A stretch of DNA of 64,000 bases, from positions 15,810,001-15,874,000 of the forward strand of contig OX597816.1 of the NCBI GenBank assembly GCA_951406725.2. Direction: 5' to 3'. Below are positions 39,926 to 52,226 of the stretch, piece after piece. The DNA comes from Octopus vulgaris. Its lineage: Eukaryota. Within the stretch, counting starts at the first letter, position 1. Each line of letters begins with the position of its first letter. Below the pieces are notes generated by a model, which made no database searches, was not told the DNA's origin, and saw only the letters and a program-made list of their open reading frames with translations. Position numbers and translations under genes: made by a program.

Positions 39926-41329
39926 ACACACACATATATATATACCATCATCATTTAAAGTCAGTTTCCCATGCTGGCATGGGTTGGACGAGTCAACAGT
40001 GGGCTGTATCAAGCCTTGTTTGCTTTAGCATGGTTTCTACTGCCTGATGCCCTTTCTAATGCCAATCCCTTAACAAAGTGAACTGGGTGCTTTTCATGTA
40101 GCCCCAGCCGCAGTGATGTCACCAAATAACTTGCAAGGCAAGACCCCACTCAACTGAGAGGAGGGGGTATTATTGGGGGACAGAAGATGTCTTGCAGCAG
40201 AGAAGACACAATGGCTGCCTCAGTTTGAAAGAGAGAGAGGGAGTTGAAGAAGATGAGATGGGAGAGTGTACCCCCAGGTTACAGGAAAGTGTATGCAGTG
40301 AAGTGGACCAGAGATTAGAGAGGATGAAGTGGGTGGGGAAGTTCATGAGATTGCGAAGGAGAGAGGTAGAGGGAATGCAGTGAGTGGGCACAGATAGGGG
40401 GGTATGAGGGTGATGTGTGTGTGTGTGTGTGACACTTCACTTGAGAAACAGTGTTGGTGTGTTTACCTCCCAATAACTTATCGGTTCAGAAGAAGAGACT
40501 GATAGAATAAGTGCCAGATTTATATAAATAAGTAGTGATATCAATTTGTTTGACTAAATTTCTTCAAAGTGGTGCTCCAGTTTGGCCAGTGTTCAATGAC
40601 AATATTAGAAGTAAAAAATAAAAAAATAAATAGTGATATCAATTAGTAGATAATCTAAAACGAAGCAATTAAGGAAGAGACTGAGAATCATTTGAGGCAG
40701 CCTCCAATGTGCAGGTTATTTGAGTGAGATGGTACAGTGTTGTGTAGTCTCACTAAAACAGTCTGTGTTAGGAAGTAGCAGGGAAAACAAATACTTAAAC
40801 CAAAGGCTTAGATATCAAGAGGGAAACATGCTATGAAACATGCTATGAAAAAAAACTTAAATTCCTGATTATATTTCTGTGTAGCTCTGAAACTGTCATA
40901 TGATCATATCTTATAGATCAACTAAGTTCTGCAAGAGGTCACAAGGGGTTCTGTGAGAAGTAATATATAAACTAATTTTATGTGAATACATTAATTTTTT
41001 AGTAATTTTGGTGCTTAATCATTTAAAAAAATTCTTTATATATTAGCTCCACCTGATCACCACAACCCTCTCTTCTAAAATGTGAGTAGTCAAGTAGATT
41101 TTCTACAGTGAGAAACCTGATCTGTTCTGATCCTTTTTTCTCTCTCTTATAGTTCTTATCCTTGAGGCATAAAGTTGCCCCCTGTCCCCATCCTGGCCTT
41201 GAGGGCTGTAGTCTTGAAAACTGCATGGTGTGTTGGGGAGGGTACAAGGCAGGAGTCAGGGAGAGTGCAAGGCAGGAGAACTGGGGAGACTGTGAGGTGG
41301 GAGGCGGGAAGAGTACGAGAAGGGAGTTA

Positions 41330-42545
41330 GGAACAATACAAAAACTAAATGGGGGGAATATCATTAAAACCTTAAATACATGGATTATGTCAGTTTTAAG
41401 ATATTCTGCCCCCTCTCTGGAATGGACAAAAGCTGAGCTACATAACTTATAAGAATTGGTAGAAAGCTGCTTACAATGTACCATGCACACCACCCTAAAA
41501 CTAATGCCAACAAACTACGGAACAAGAAAGGAAGGTGGAACACAAAAGATACTGTTAATATTGTGATATTAGGATTAAAACATTATGTTGTTTAGAGTAA
41601 GAAAATGTGCTATCAGCAGCTGGAGATGTCCGAAAACAGTTGGGGAATTCAAAAAGACAGGGAAGAATAAAAGAACAAGCGAAAGGAATGAAATTGAATT
41701 ACATAATTTATGCAACAAATAATGATGGGTGTCGGAAGTAAAGAACACTGGTTCTAGATGACAGACAGAAACCCGAAACAAGAGACTAAAATTATAATCA
41801 TAGCCACCCAGGAACAAGTCATTAGAACAAATCTGATAAAAGCAAATGGTGAACAAAATTCAGTCAGACAGTAAATGAGGAATATGCAGAAAAGGGGATG
41901 AAAGTATCAATCACAAAAAGAGTATGAGCTCCAGTATGATTTGTAGAGTGTTAGATAAGTGTGTGGCTTTAAAATAACAGAAAAGTGGTATGAACATGAA
42001 CCATAGGCTGTGAGAGGAAATGAGAATTATGGAATCTTATGGAACGTCTTTATAAAGACTGACCATACTACACCTGATTTTCTCCCCTCCATACACACAC
42101 AAGCATGTATCTGACTCATACACTGCTCACTTTCCAGACATTTGTACATTACTGCATATGCTTTATACGCACTTTTGACAAGTTGTGGTGCACCTGAGCA
42201 CTGTATACAATAATTTCATTATTATATTATTATAATACTGAAGCAAGAAGACCAGATATGATTATAATGGACAAAATAAACAAACTGTACGATTATAGAC
42301 TTTGTAGTTCCTTATAAAAGAGTTGATACCAAAGAAATTGAGAAATATCAGAATCTAGTCTGAGAACTGAGAACACTATAAAAGACGAGGACAATTATTC
42401 CTGTAATTGGTGCACTTGGCACAACACCCAAAATGCTAACTAAAAAGGCTGAAAGAGATTAGAATTGAAATTTGCATTGTCAGCCTGCAGAAAAGTACCA
42501 GCCTATATTCTGCAAGAACCTTAAGAAAGATTCTTGAAATTTGAG
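41330..42545 (+). pseudogene. R4/Dong-like non-LTR retrotransposon relic (post-RT region, zinc knuckle, restriction-like endonuclease)
   Basis: KLNGGNIIKTLNTWIMSVLRYSA; HHPK; ICRKGDESINH; EARRPDMIIMDK...IIDFVVP; VIGALG. Many stops and frameshifts, and interrupted at about 42068-42232 by a CR1-type tail. Confidence 0.85.
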
Positions 42546-43102
42546 ATTTGTTGTCCTCAAACCTCAAGATAAAATTCTCGCTAATTAAATTAGCATGTAT
42601 TAGCATGATGATAAGAGAAAGAATAAGAAATACAGTATAACGATCTTGACATTCGTATAACATTTGGAATAAGGTTTTCAATGTTTAGAAAGTCCTTTGT
42701 AAGGAAGTTTCGTTATCTTAGGACAATCACAATTTTATTGCAATAAATCTATTGAATTGATCTTTGCTGTCAAGACAGCCGTGCTACAACTCTTCTTGAA
42801 TTCAAGGATTTTACATTAGAATGGTAAATAATTTTTGCTAATATAGGCACAAAGCTTGAAAATTCAGGGAGAAGCTTAATCGATATCATCAACCTCAGTA
42901 CTTGACTGTGGACTCTGAAGCCTTTTGATTTTAGTTAGAGCCTAAAGAAAACCGAAATAAACACTTTATTACATTTTGACCCCTGCCAATAGCAAAGAGT
43001 GTTTTTGCTGACGATTGGTTAATAACCAAAATAAAAGGAAATACCAACAACGGCATTCTGACCTAAGGGAAATAACTCATGATATATTTTAGAGTTGCTT
43101 AC

Positions 43103-43270
43103 CTTGAGACATCAAACGCTAAGAATTTTTTTTTTCATTTTTTATGGTTTTTTTATCTTGTATTGCCATCAATGCTGGAATGTCTTCTAAATGTTTATTT
43201 TATCATATTGGCCCCAGTCAGTCTTGCACTTCTCCCACTGATTTTCAATTATCGAACCACTAACGGTCGA
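43103..43270 (-). other. Candidate first (5' UTR) exon
   Basis: Donor AAG|gtaagc at 43103/43102; lies at the edge of the CpG-rich zone. The start is approximate. Confidence 0.35.
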
Positions 43271-43286
43271 GATGCAATATAAACAA

Positions 43287-43328
43287 TGTAAACAAACATC
43301 TTCGCGCGCGCTAAGATGTTTGTTTACA
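43287..43328. promoter_or_regulatory. Perfect 16-bp palindrome with forkhead-type sites flanking a (CG)4 loop
   Basis: tgtaaacaaacatctt-cgcgcgcgct-aagatgtttgtttaca. The palindrome is certain; the regulatory role is inferred. Confidence 0.4.
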
Positions 43329-43585
43329 CACACACACACACACACACGTATTCTATCTATTACTTGTTTCAGTCATTAGACTGCGGTCATGCTGGGGTGC
43401 CACCTTGAGGAACTTTAAGCCGAACGAATCCACCCCTGTACACATTTTATATTTTTTAAGCCTGGTACTTATAGTATCGGTCTCTTTGCCGGGAACGTAA
43501 ACACACCAACACCGGTTGTCAAGTGGTTGTAAGGGACAAACACAAACACACCACATTTTACATATATACACACACAAAATTATTT

Positions 43586-43956
43586 GGATCTTTTCGGTTT
43601 GAACGGCAGTTTTTTTTAATAATTTCCACGTAACTAAACACGTTTAAACTTCGTAATTGAGAAAATTCTATAGTTTGTAAGATATTTGTTGTTCTTTTTC
43701 TTTAATTTCTGCAATTTCAACCAATCAGTGACGTCTATTGAGGGGAAAACATTCTGTGTCGTATGAATATGTCCCTCGTTTAAGAAACAGATTGGGTTTG
43801 TTTACATTTCTGAAGAAAAAAAGATACCCTTTCCTCCACCCCTAACTAACCCTAAAACAGATTGAAATGCAATAGATCGATACTAGGGTCATAATTATGG
43901 GTGACAATTTCATATGACACCGCTAGAAAAAACTGCCGTTCAAACCGAAAAGATCC
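43586..43956. mobile_element. Merlin-like MITE
   Basis: Perfect TIR of about 30 bp (ggatcttttcggtttgaacggcagtttttt), GG...CC ends, 8-bp flanks aattattt/agttattt. Confidence 0.75.
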
Positions 43957-43982
43957 AGTTATTTTATTCCATAGGGGTAGAA

Positions 43983-44334
43983 ATATAGGAAAAATAGAAA
44001 TTGAAGAGGCACTGAAAATAGTTAAAATATTTTTTATCGTTAATATACTTGAAGCTTTAACCGGTTTCACAGTTTACACTGATTTTCAAAAAGTTCAAAC
44101 AGAAAAATGAGGTTCATGTCGCAGCTGTGTTGCTTCTGAAGTTTGCCCTGTTATTATAGGGAGACAAACATCAAACACTTGTCAGAAGCAAGACAGCTGT
44201 GACATTAGCCACGTCTTTCTGTTTTAACTTTTTGAAAATCAGTGTAAACTGTGAAACCGGCTAAAGCTTCAAATATATTAATAAAAAAATATTTTAACTA
44301 TTCTCAGTGCCTCTTCAACTTCTATTGTTCATAT
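43983..44334. mobile_element. Fold-back element (arms of about 160 bp) with a hammerhead-like motif in each arm
   Basis: The arms are diverged reverse complements around a loop of about 25 bp. Confidence 0.8.
44051..44096 (-). ncRNA. Candidate minimal type I hammerhead ribozyme, U3-A8 variant
   Basis: gaacttt-TTGAAAA-tcagt(gtaa)actgt-GAAA-ccgg-TT-aaagcttc. Confidence 0.55.
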
Positions 44335-44752
44335 GTGTGTGTACGACGGGCTTCTTTCAGTTTCCATCAACCAAAACCACTCACAAAGCTTTGTTCGGCT
44401 CGACGTTATAGAAGATACTTGCCCAACGTGTCACACAGTAGGACTGAACCCGGAACAGTGTGGTTGGGAAGCAGACTTCATACCACACAGCTACGCCTCC
44501 GTCTATAAATCCTCATTTTACGGTTAAATTTAATGTTTGCTAGATGTTGAAGTTGCAACTATTACCATTACATTCAGTGATCTACAGGAGTTACAGTTTA
44601 CGAGTAATACCGGTACAAAGTACCATTACTAAAGGGTCTTTATAGTCTGCTACGCGCTTGCCTCTCAACCATATCAGGCTAAGAAACAATGCTGGTTCTT
44701 GTTCTATCACCAAAGTTAAGTCGAACATTGTACTTAAATAATCGGTGTGATC

Positions 44753-45406
44753 GGCATACCTACATAATTGTGCCCCTCAACCACAAATTTCCTCATAACT
44801 TCCAGAGTAATGGATATTTTGTAATTAAATTTTCTACAAATACGCTTCAGAGGATGCAGATTCCGATTATATATCAGAATTTGTGATAAAATGCATTTTC
44901 CGATGATAGGGTGACGAGTTTCGGAAAATACAAACGAGTTGGCTTTGTTTCCTCATAATTTTTTTTTTTAAATGGGTAATTTGGGAAAATTGAAAAACAA
45001 ATGAACACGTACATATTTATACGACGCAATTTTCTTTCGGAATTTCTAGTTTTATTTTGTAGTACATCAGTATGTATTTGTACAATCTTTTTTTTTTTTT
45101 TTTTTTTTCCATATTAAATTCCGATATAATTGTAATCTATTAAAATCTCTGAAAAATATTTCTAGAAAATTTCATTTAAAAAAAAATGTGCCCATTTTTC
45201 GGCAAGATATAAAGAAAACAGACCCGTGTAAATTTTCCGAAATTCCCCACTCTCAGAAAGATTTTATTTCACAACAAATTCCGATATAATCGGAAAGCTG
45301 CACCATCTAAAGCGTATTTATAGATAATTTCGTCAAAAAAAAAATCCATTTTTCTGAAAGTTATTAGGGAAAACAAATTCGGTGAGCACAGTTGTGTAGG
45401 TATGCC
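44753..45406. mobile_element. Old MITE with long imperfect TIRs (about 150 bp)
   Basis: ggcatacctacataattgtgccc / gagcacagttgtgtaggtatgcc; 44790-44890 pairs with 45255-45370. Confidence 0.65.
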
Positions 45407-45733
45407 CAAAACACATTACTAAAGCGTCAAAATAGCCTGCTCCACTCTTTCTTCGCAACCAAATCAGGTCAAAAACAAAATGCCAGTCCTGTTTTCGTAC
45501 CAAAGTTAAGTAAAGTCGACCATTGTACTCAAATGAGTGGTAGCTCGCGAGATCTAAGTGTTCTCAGCATATTCTAAAAGAAGTTACTTTCAGAATAACC
45601 AGAAAAAAAATTATTCGCCAACATAAATATTTATTTCGAACAGTATTTTTGTTTGTAGTCAAAGGGAAATAACTTTAGTAATTGTTAGTTACCTCCCTTG
45701 AAAAAGAAATTTACGCTTTAATTGTATCTCAAA

Positions 45734-46116
45734 CTAGCAATACCGCCCGACGTTGCTCGAGTTTGTTTCGACCCTTTAGAATTGGAATTTTTGGAAAGTA
45801 AAAATTTTGCATTATGTAGCTTGTAATTCTCTTTAAGTGAACATTTTTCTGGTTGAAATACACCGAAAAATGGCGACACAGCAGTCAAAACATCGTAAAA
45901 ATAGGGATTTTCATAGAAAAAAAAGCACCTTTTTGATGTAAATAATTTTTGGTGTTAACATGGTCCGATTTGAATATTTCTTCTACGCAATGAAGAACAA
46001 GACTTCTTCTATCATACTCTCAATTTTGGTCAACTTGCGCCTCAGGGTCTCGGAGGAGATAGTGTTAGTTGAAGGCTACCAAACCTGCCATACACAGACA
46101 ACTTCAGCTTTATATA
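45734..46116 (-). mobile_element. Non-autonomous Helitron (same family as 3590-3983)
   Basis: CTAG|T end, hairpin remnant, colinear homology. Confidence 0.85.
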
Positions 46117-46715
46117 ATAATAATAATAATAATTGTGTACAGTGCTCAGGTGCACTACAACTCATCTAAAGTGTATATATAATCAGATGTAGTTTCGGCG
46201 GATTTCGGAAAGCATGAGGGCCTTATAGAGAGAGATTGGTATTTTGCTAAGTATAGAAATAGGATGGGATTAAACCAATTAGAGTGAACAATATTACATA
46301 AAGTCTATTTTAAAGTGGTACTGGCGCCTCATTAAATTACATTCCTATTCATACAATAAGAGGCATAACTGCGGAACTGTGCCACTCCTGACTATTGTTT
46401 CTCGTGACTAACTGAAAAATGAGCATTCTTCATTGAAATTTTCTTCAGATACTTTTCAGATGGTGTAAGCTTAGGATTATATCGAATTTATAAAAAAAAA
46501 ACTGCGGGGTGCGGTGGTGGAAAAAAATTTTGAGGACTAAGTTTCAGTTATTACGCTTGTGTGATGTGGTGTGTGTGTGTGTGCTGAATGCTACTTAAAA
46601 TTTTTAATTTTTGGGGAATCCTATTAAATATCATTAAATTATGAACGAAGTAAATTGGAACCGACCTTACAGGGAATCGCGAGATTTTTATATATACATA
46701 TATTTATATCACACG

Positions 46716-46985
46716 GGCGTGGCCGAGTGGTAAGAAGCTTGCTTCCCAACCACATAGTTTCAGATTCAATACCACTGCGTGGCACTTGGGGCAAGTGTCT
46801 TCTACTATAGCCTCAGGCTTGACAACCGATGTTGGCGTTTACGTCCCCGTAACCTGGCGGTTCGGCAAAAGAGACCGATAGAATAAGTATTGGGTTTACA
46901 AAGAATAAGTCCTAGGGTTGATTCGTTCGACTAAAAGTGATGCTCCAGCATGGCCGCAGTCAAATGACTCAAACAAATAAAAGAA
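46716..46985 (+). mobile_element. SINE A with internal deletion
   Basis: Head joined directly to the 3' half. Confidence 0.8.
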
Positions 46986-47511
46986 TTTACATACATACAT
47001 ACACATACACACACACACACTATATATTATATATATATATTTCAGTAATTGGAGTGCAGACATGCTCGGGCGCTATCTTGAAGGGTTTCAGCAAAAATGG
47101 GTCCATACTTATTTTGTTTTAAAGGGTGGTGTTTATTCTATCGGTCTCTTTTTCACGAACCGCTAAGTAAACAGACACCATTTCTCAAGCAGTGAGACAA
47201 GCACATACACACACGGCCGGCTTCAGCAGAGTTTCTGTCTACCAAATTCACATAGAAGGAATTAGCTCGCCTAGGGCTATAGTGGGAAACGCCCAAGGTA
47301 CCATGCAGTAGGACTGAACCCCAAACTTCGTAGCTGCAAAGCTACGAAGTTTGGGGTTCTTTTTACGCAATTGATTTGCCAATCCTGTTTTTAGTCGACA
47401 GCTCAGAAAATGTGACCAGCTGCAGTCACATTGTCAGTTTTAAGTTTACGAGGCTCAGATCTTGATGTGAAGTATTACTGACATCATTTTGATTAACGAC
47501 CATTGTTAAGA

Positions 47512-47780
47512 AAGTGTGCGGTCTGATGACTAGAGTGTTGGGCTGAAGATCGTAAGGTCATAGTTTCGATTCTCAGAACGAGCGGCGAGTTGTGTTATCC
47601 AGCAAAACACTTCATTTCGACGTCACTTCAGTCTCCTCAATTGAAAATAAATACAAGGAGCGTTTGAGATTAATCCTGTAAATGGACTGGCGCCCCGTTC
47701 AGTGAATAGCGAAGAACGGATAATTATAAGTTATGAAACCGGAATAAGCTTCGGCCCAAGGATCTTGTAGACTCATGACA
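47512..47780 (+). mobile_element. Old tRNA-derived SINE
   Basis: B-box-like agtttcgattc followed by gcaaaacacttcatttc. Confidence 0.5.
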
Positions 47781-48506
47781 GACTTTTGAAGATCCTTATA
47801 TGTTAATTTTAAAATGCACTGTGATAACCTTGTCTGCTATGTCGTCGTGGGGTCGTTACACTTTTGTGCCCCGACCAAAGCCATCCTTTTAGCTGTTCTG
47901 AGTCCTAGTGCAGTATTGAAGAAATAGTCTGCCACCCTTCGTCCAAATACGAAATTGTCTTACAAACAGGTATATGGGCCTCCTAGACCCTATTTATAAC
48001 AACTAGCTTAAGATAATCACCGGTCCTGACATGACATTCTAAATCTGATGTGTTCTCATTGAGATTTTGCAGACCCGGTAACTCCGGTCATCAGAGAGAG
48101 TGAAAGTTTTAACTCTATGCTGTCCCATAAACTCGTTTATACTCTTTAAGAGAATAGCTTCGTACTATTTGTAGACAAAACAACAGGGAGAAATTTTCCA
48201 ATTTGGAGCAACATTGCTTTGTCCCAATCCCCGGAAAATCCTTTCACTATTCACGCAGCACGTGAGATTTTTTTTTTCTTTTTCAGTAGGAGACCGCCAG
48301 ACATTCACAGACCTCTCTTTGGACTTCAGACCACAGCTGTACGTAAAGCTGTCAAGAGAAATTGTCCATGGGTGGGGAACGTATGAAAGTGGATGTATTC
48401 AAGATCCATGAGAAACCGTTCTGAAAGACTACGAAGTTGGAAAATAGATTGGAAGAGTTAAACCTGTTGATTGGTTTACAAAAGTCTTCATTATTACTTT
48501 TGAGAA

Positions 48507-48908
48507 GGCATCGAGCTGGCAGAATCGTTAGCACGCCGGGCGAAATGCTTAGCCGTATTTCGTCTGCCGCTACGTTCTGAGTTCAAATTCCGTCGAGGTC
48601 GACTTTACCTTTCATCCTTTCGGGATCGATTAAATAAGTACCAGTTACGCACTGGGGTCGATATAATCGACTTAATCCATTTGTCTGTCCTTGTTTGTCC
48701 TCTCTGTGTTTAGCCCCTTGTGGGTAGTAAAGAAATAGGTATTTCGTCTGCCGCTACGTTCTGAGTTCAAATTCCGCCGAGGTCGATTTTGCCTTTCATC
48801 CTTTCGGGGTCGATAGATTAAGTACCAGTTACGCACTGGAGTCGATATAATCGACTCTCTCCCTCCCCATAAATTCCAGGCCTTGTGCCTATAGTAGAAA
48901 GGATTATT
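48507..48908 (+). mobile_element. SINE B dimer
   Basis: The body restarts after aaagaaataggtatttcgtctgcc. Confidence 0.85.
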
Positions 48909-49144
48909 ACCTTTGAGATATTGGAAATGGCGGTTATAGGTCAGTAATTGATCAGTTCGGAGGGTAAGAGTGATGACGGTCTCCTCACTTAAAAAACACC
49001 CTTTCCCCATGATTTGTGAGAGGAGTTCTGGGAGGCCCTATTTACAAACAGCTTGAAACTTTAACAATGAGCATATTCGGACTTATGGAACAATAGAGAG
49101 GCTATAATTTTTCACACTTTCTAATAATTCGCATCCATACGTTT

Positions 49145-49508
49145 TATCTTTTACTTATTTCGGTCATTGGACTGCGGCCATGCTGGGGCAACGCCTTGAA
49201 GAGTTTAGTCTAACAAATCGACTCCTAGTGTTTAAGTGTATTGAAGCTTGGTACTTTTTCATTTTCTGCCGAACCACTAAGTTTCGGGGACGTAAACAAA
49301 CCAATACCAGTTGTCAAACGGTGAGGGAACAAACAACATCACACACACTTTATCGTGCAGTTTCCGTCAACCAAATTCACTTATAAGGAATTGGTCAGCT
49401 CGGCACTACGGTAGAAAATATTTGCCTAAGTTGCCGAACAAGGGAATCGAACCCGAAACCACATGACTGTAAAACGAGCTTCTTACCGCACAGCCATGCC
49501 AACGCCTG
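49145..49508 (-). mobile_element. Diverged SINE A
   Basis: Recognisable head and tail. Confidence 0.7.
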
Positions 49509-49836
49509 TGTTTAAGCTTCTTCTCTGAATTGCTTAGTTAGTGGGAATGACACTCCCTATTATCAGGGCTTCTGAGACTGGTGTGAGAGAAAAAAAAATA
49601 TATTCTCAAACCAGAGACATGGTTTGAATGCTTGTGACGCAGTGGGATCCACTAAAGCAGTCCCCAAAGTACTAGCGTAGCTAGAGAGTGTGCCGCTCGG
49701 AGTGGCCCTTCCGTTTGCCGTCGCCGAACCCCACAAAAAAACACATTGTTTACAGCAGACCTGAATGTGTCACTCCTTTAAAAGTGCCGCTCGAAGCCGA
49801 CCGCCCCCACCCTCAAGCTACGCTAGGGCCCTAAAG

Positions 49837-50069
49837 CAGTGGTTCTCAATTGGGTTCCATATAAAATTTTGTTATTGAAATTTATGTGCAATAAAACTGG
49901 TTTATACTTCCACAATACAGAAAATATTTTGTGCTTTTATATACACTTCTTAATAACAATTATAAAAAATATAGTAGGATCTGTTAAACATGAGGGGGCG
50001 GGAGGGTGTCCAGTAGAATAAAATATAAATAAAAGGGGTTCATAGGCTGAAAATGGTTGAAAACCATAG
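49837..50069. mobile_element. hAT (Charlie-like) MITE
   Basis: TIR cagtggttctcaa / ttgaaaaccatag; flanks ccctaaag/cactaaaa. Confidence 0.65.
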
Positions 50070-52029
50070 CACTAAAAGAACCCAAGAAACAGTTTGTTTT
50101 CAGCGCCGCCTCAAGAGTACTATAGGCCCCCGAGCAAAACTATCCTGGGACTCCTATAACTACAACTTACAAAGATTTGCATTGGTCTCTAAACTCGTGA
50201 AGTCGCTAGGTAAGTACCCAATGTGCCAGTGTCTCAAATGATTAGTGGGTGTTTTATATAAATTACGTTTATCATCACCCAAGTAAGCTAACACGGGTTT
50301 TGAACTCAGAATGCAAAAACAGAACATTGGTTTCAAATTTTGGCAGGCCAGCAATTTCGGGGGTGGGTGGAGTCGATTACATCGACCCTCGTGCTCAACT
50401 GGAACTTATTTTATCGATCCCGAAGGGATGAAAACTATAATTTACATCGGCCGAATTTGAACTCGAAATATAAAGAACGGACGAAATGCTACAAAGCATT
50501 TTGTCCGAAGTACTAACGATTCTGCCAGCTCGCAGCCTGAGAGACAGAACATTGACTAAAATATTCCTGTTCGACGCCAAAGCGATTCCGTCCGCAATTT
50601 ATTTATAAGCAAGATAAAAAGGCAAAGTCGAGCTCAGCAGGATTTGAACTTAGAACATAGGCTGGAAGAAATACCACGAAATATTTTGACCGATGTTCTA
50701 ACGACTCTGCCAAGTCTTGTGTGTGTGTGTGCGCGCGCGCATATGGTATTGTGTCTCATGTGTGTGTGTGTGTGTACATGATATCGTGCGTGTGTGCACA
50801 TTATATCGTGCATGTGTGCACATGATATTGTGTCTCGTGTGTGTGTGTCATCTATACGTCAGCATATTTGCGCGTGATAATGTCATTATGTGTTGTTTCT
50901 ATACGTGACTACGTGTGTCGGATTTAGTCTGTCAGTCATCACGTTTGTCTGTTATTAGTTCCTTGTTTTTGCTTGTTCAAGTTTTTATGTTGTGGTGTGC
51001 GTGTGTGTATGTGTGTCACTAGCCTAGCTAGAGGGGGCGATTCCTCGCCAGGCGGCACTTCTATGGGTTCTGCTGTAGGCTATAAGTCTGTATATGCTGT
51101 ATTGACATCAAATAATAGTAGTTTTAATGTCGGGACACGGACCCTACACACCGTTAAATGAAACAATTGATACAGTCACTGTGCAATATGTATTTCTTGT
51201 GACGTCCCAGGGACGGCAAATTGAAGGGCCATCTAGGGCGGCACACATACTTGTGTGTGTGTGTGTGTGTGTGTGTACGTGCGCGTGGCCATGTGCGCAC
51301 ATACACGTACATTGTTCATCTTTTACTTGGGTCAATCGTTAGGCTGCGGCCATGCTGGAGCAACGCCTCGAAAAATTCTTAGTCCAATGAATCGACCCCA
51401 GTACTTTTTTCTCATTCAAGCCTGGTACTTATTCTATCCGTCCCTGTTGCCAAACCACTGGTGTTACTGGGACGTAAACACGCCAACACCGGTTGTCAAG
51501 CGGTGGTGGGGGCGGGGACAAACAAGGTTTTGTGCATTTAGCTGATGTTCATTAAATCAATTGCAGAGCACATTCCAGACTAAAAGTAAACAAGCGAAAA
51601 CAACCTTATTCGATGCTATGACACTTACCCAGCAGAAATACGTGTCGGAATGTAAAGAAAACAGATTAATAAATGTTTTAGTAAATAAAACCATTCATTC
51701 GCCATTTGGATGTATTGATTATATATTCTGTAATCCACAAGAAATCCATTGAAGCAACCTCTGGATTTACCAATCAAAATGAGTATAATTTAATTGCTTG
51801 CCATAAATGACTGTAAATATTTCCTATCTTTCCGTGTGGTTAGCCAAGCCTGGATTTCATAGCCTTATTCCTTTACGTTATATATATATATATATATATA
51901 TATATAACTTACCACACAGCCACGCCTGCGCCTATTTTTCGAAACTTTTGAGCAACACCCCAAAACAAATCCTGGATCCCTCCACCCAGTGAGGTGTAGT
52001 AAGCAGGGTAAAGCTTTGTTTCGTTATTG

Positions 52030-52226
52030 ACTGACTGACCCTCGTACCAGTGGCATGTAAAAGCACCCACTACACTCTCGGAATGGTTGGCGTTAGGAAG
52101 AGTATCCAGCTGTGGAAACTCTGCCAGATCAAGATTGGAGCCTGGTGCAACCATTTGGTTCACCAGCCCTCAGTCAAATCGTCCAACTCATGTTAGCATG
52201 GAAAGCGGACGTTAAACGATGATGAT
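52030..52226 (+). mobile_element. Family C copy
   Basis: Same tail as other C copies. Confidence 0.85.

Larger units (their letters stand above)
43352..44500 (-). mobile_element. SINE A split by two nested insertions in its internal microsatellite
   Basis: 3' half at 43352-43577, 5' half at 44335-44500. Confidence 0.75.

Noticed and set aside
43838-43856. Telomeric repeat (ccctaa)
   Set aside because: Only two imperfect units inside a MITE.
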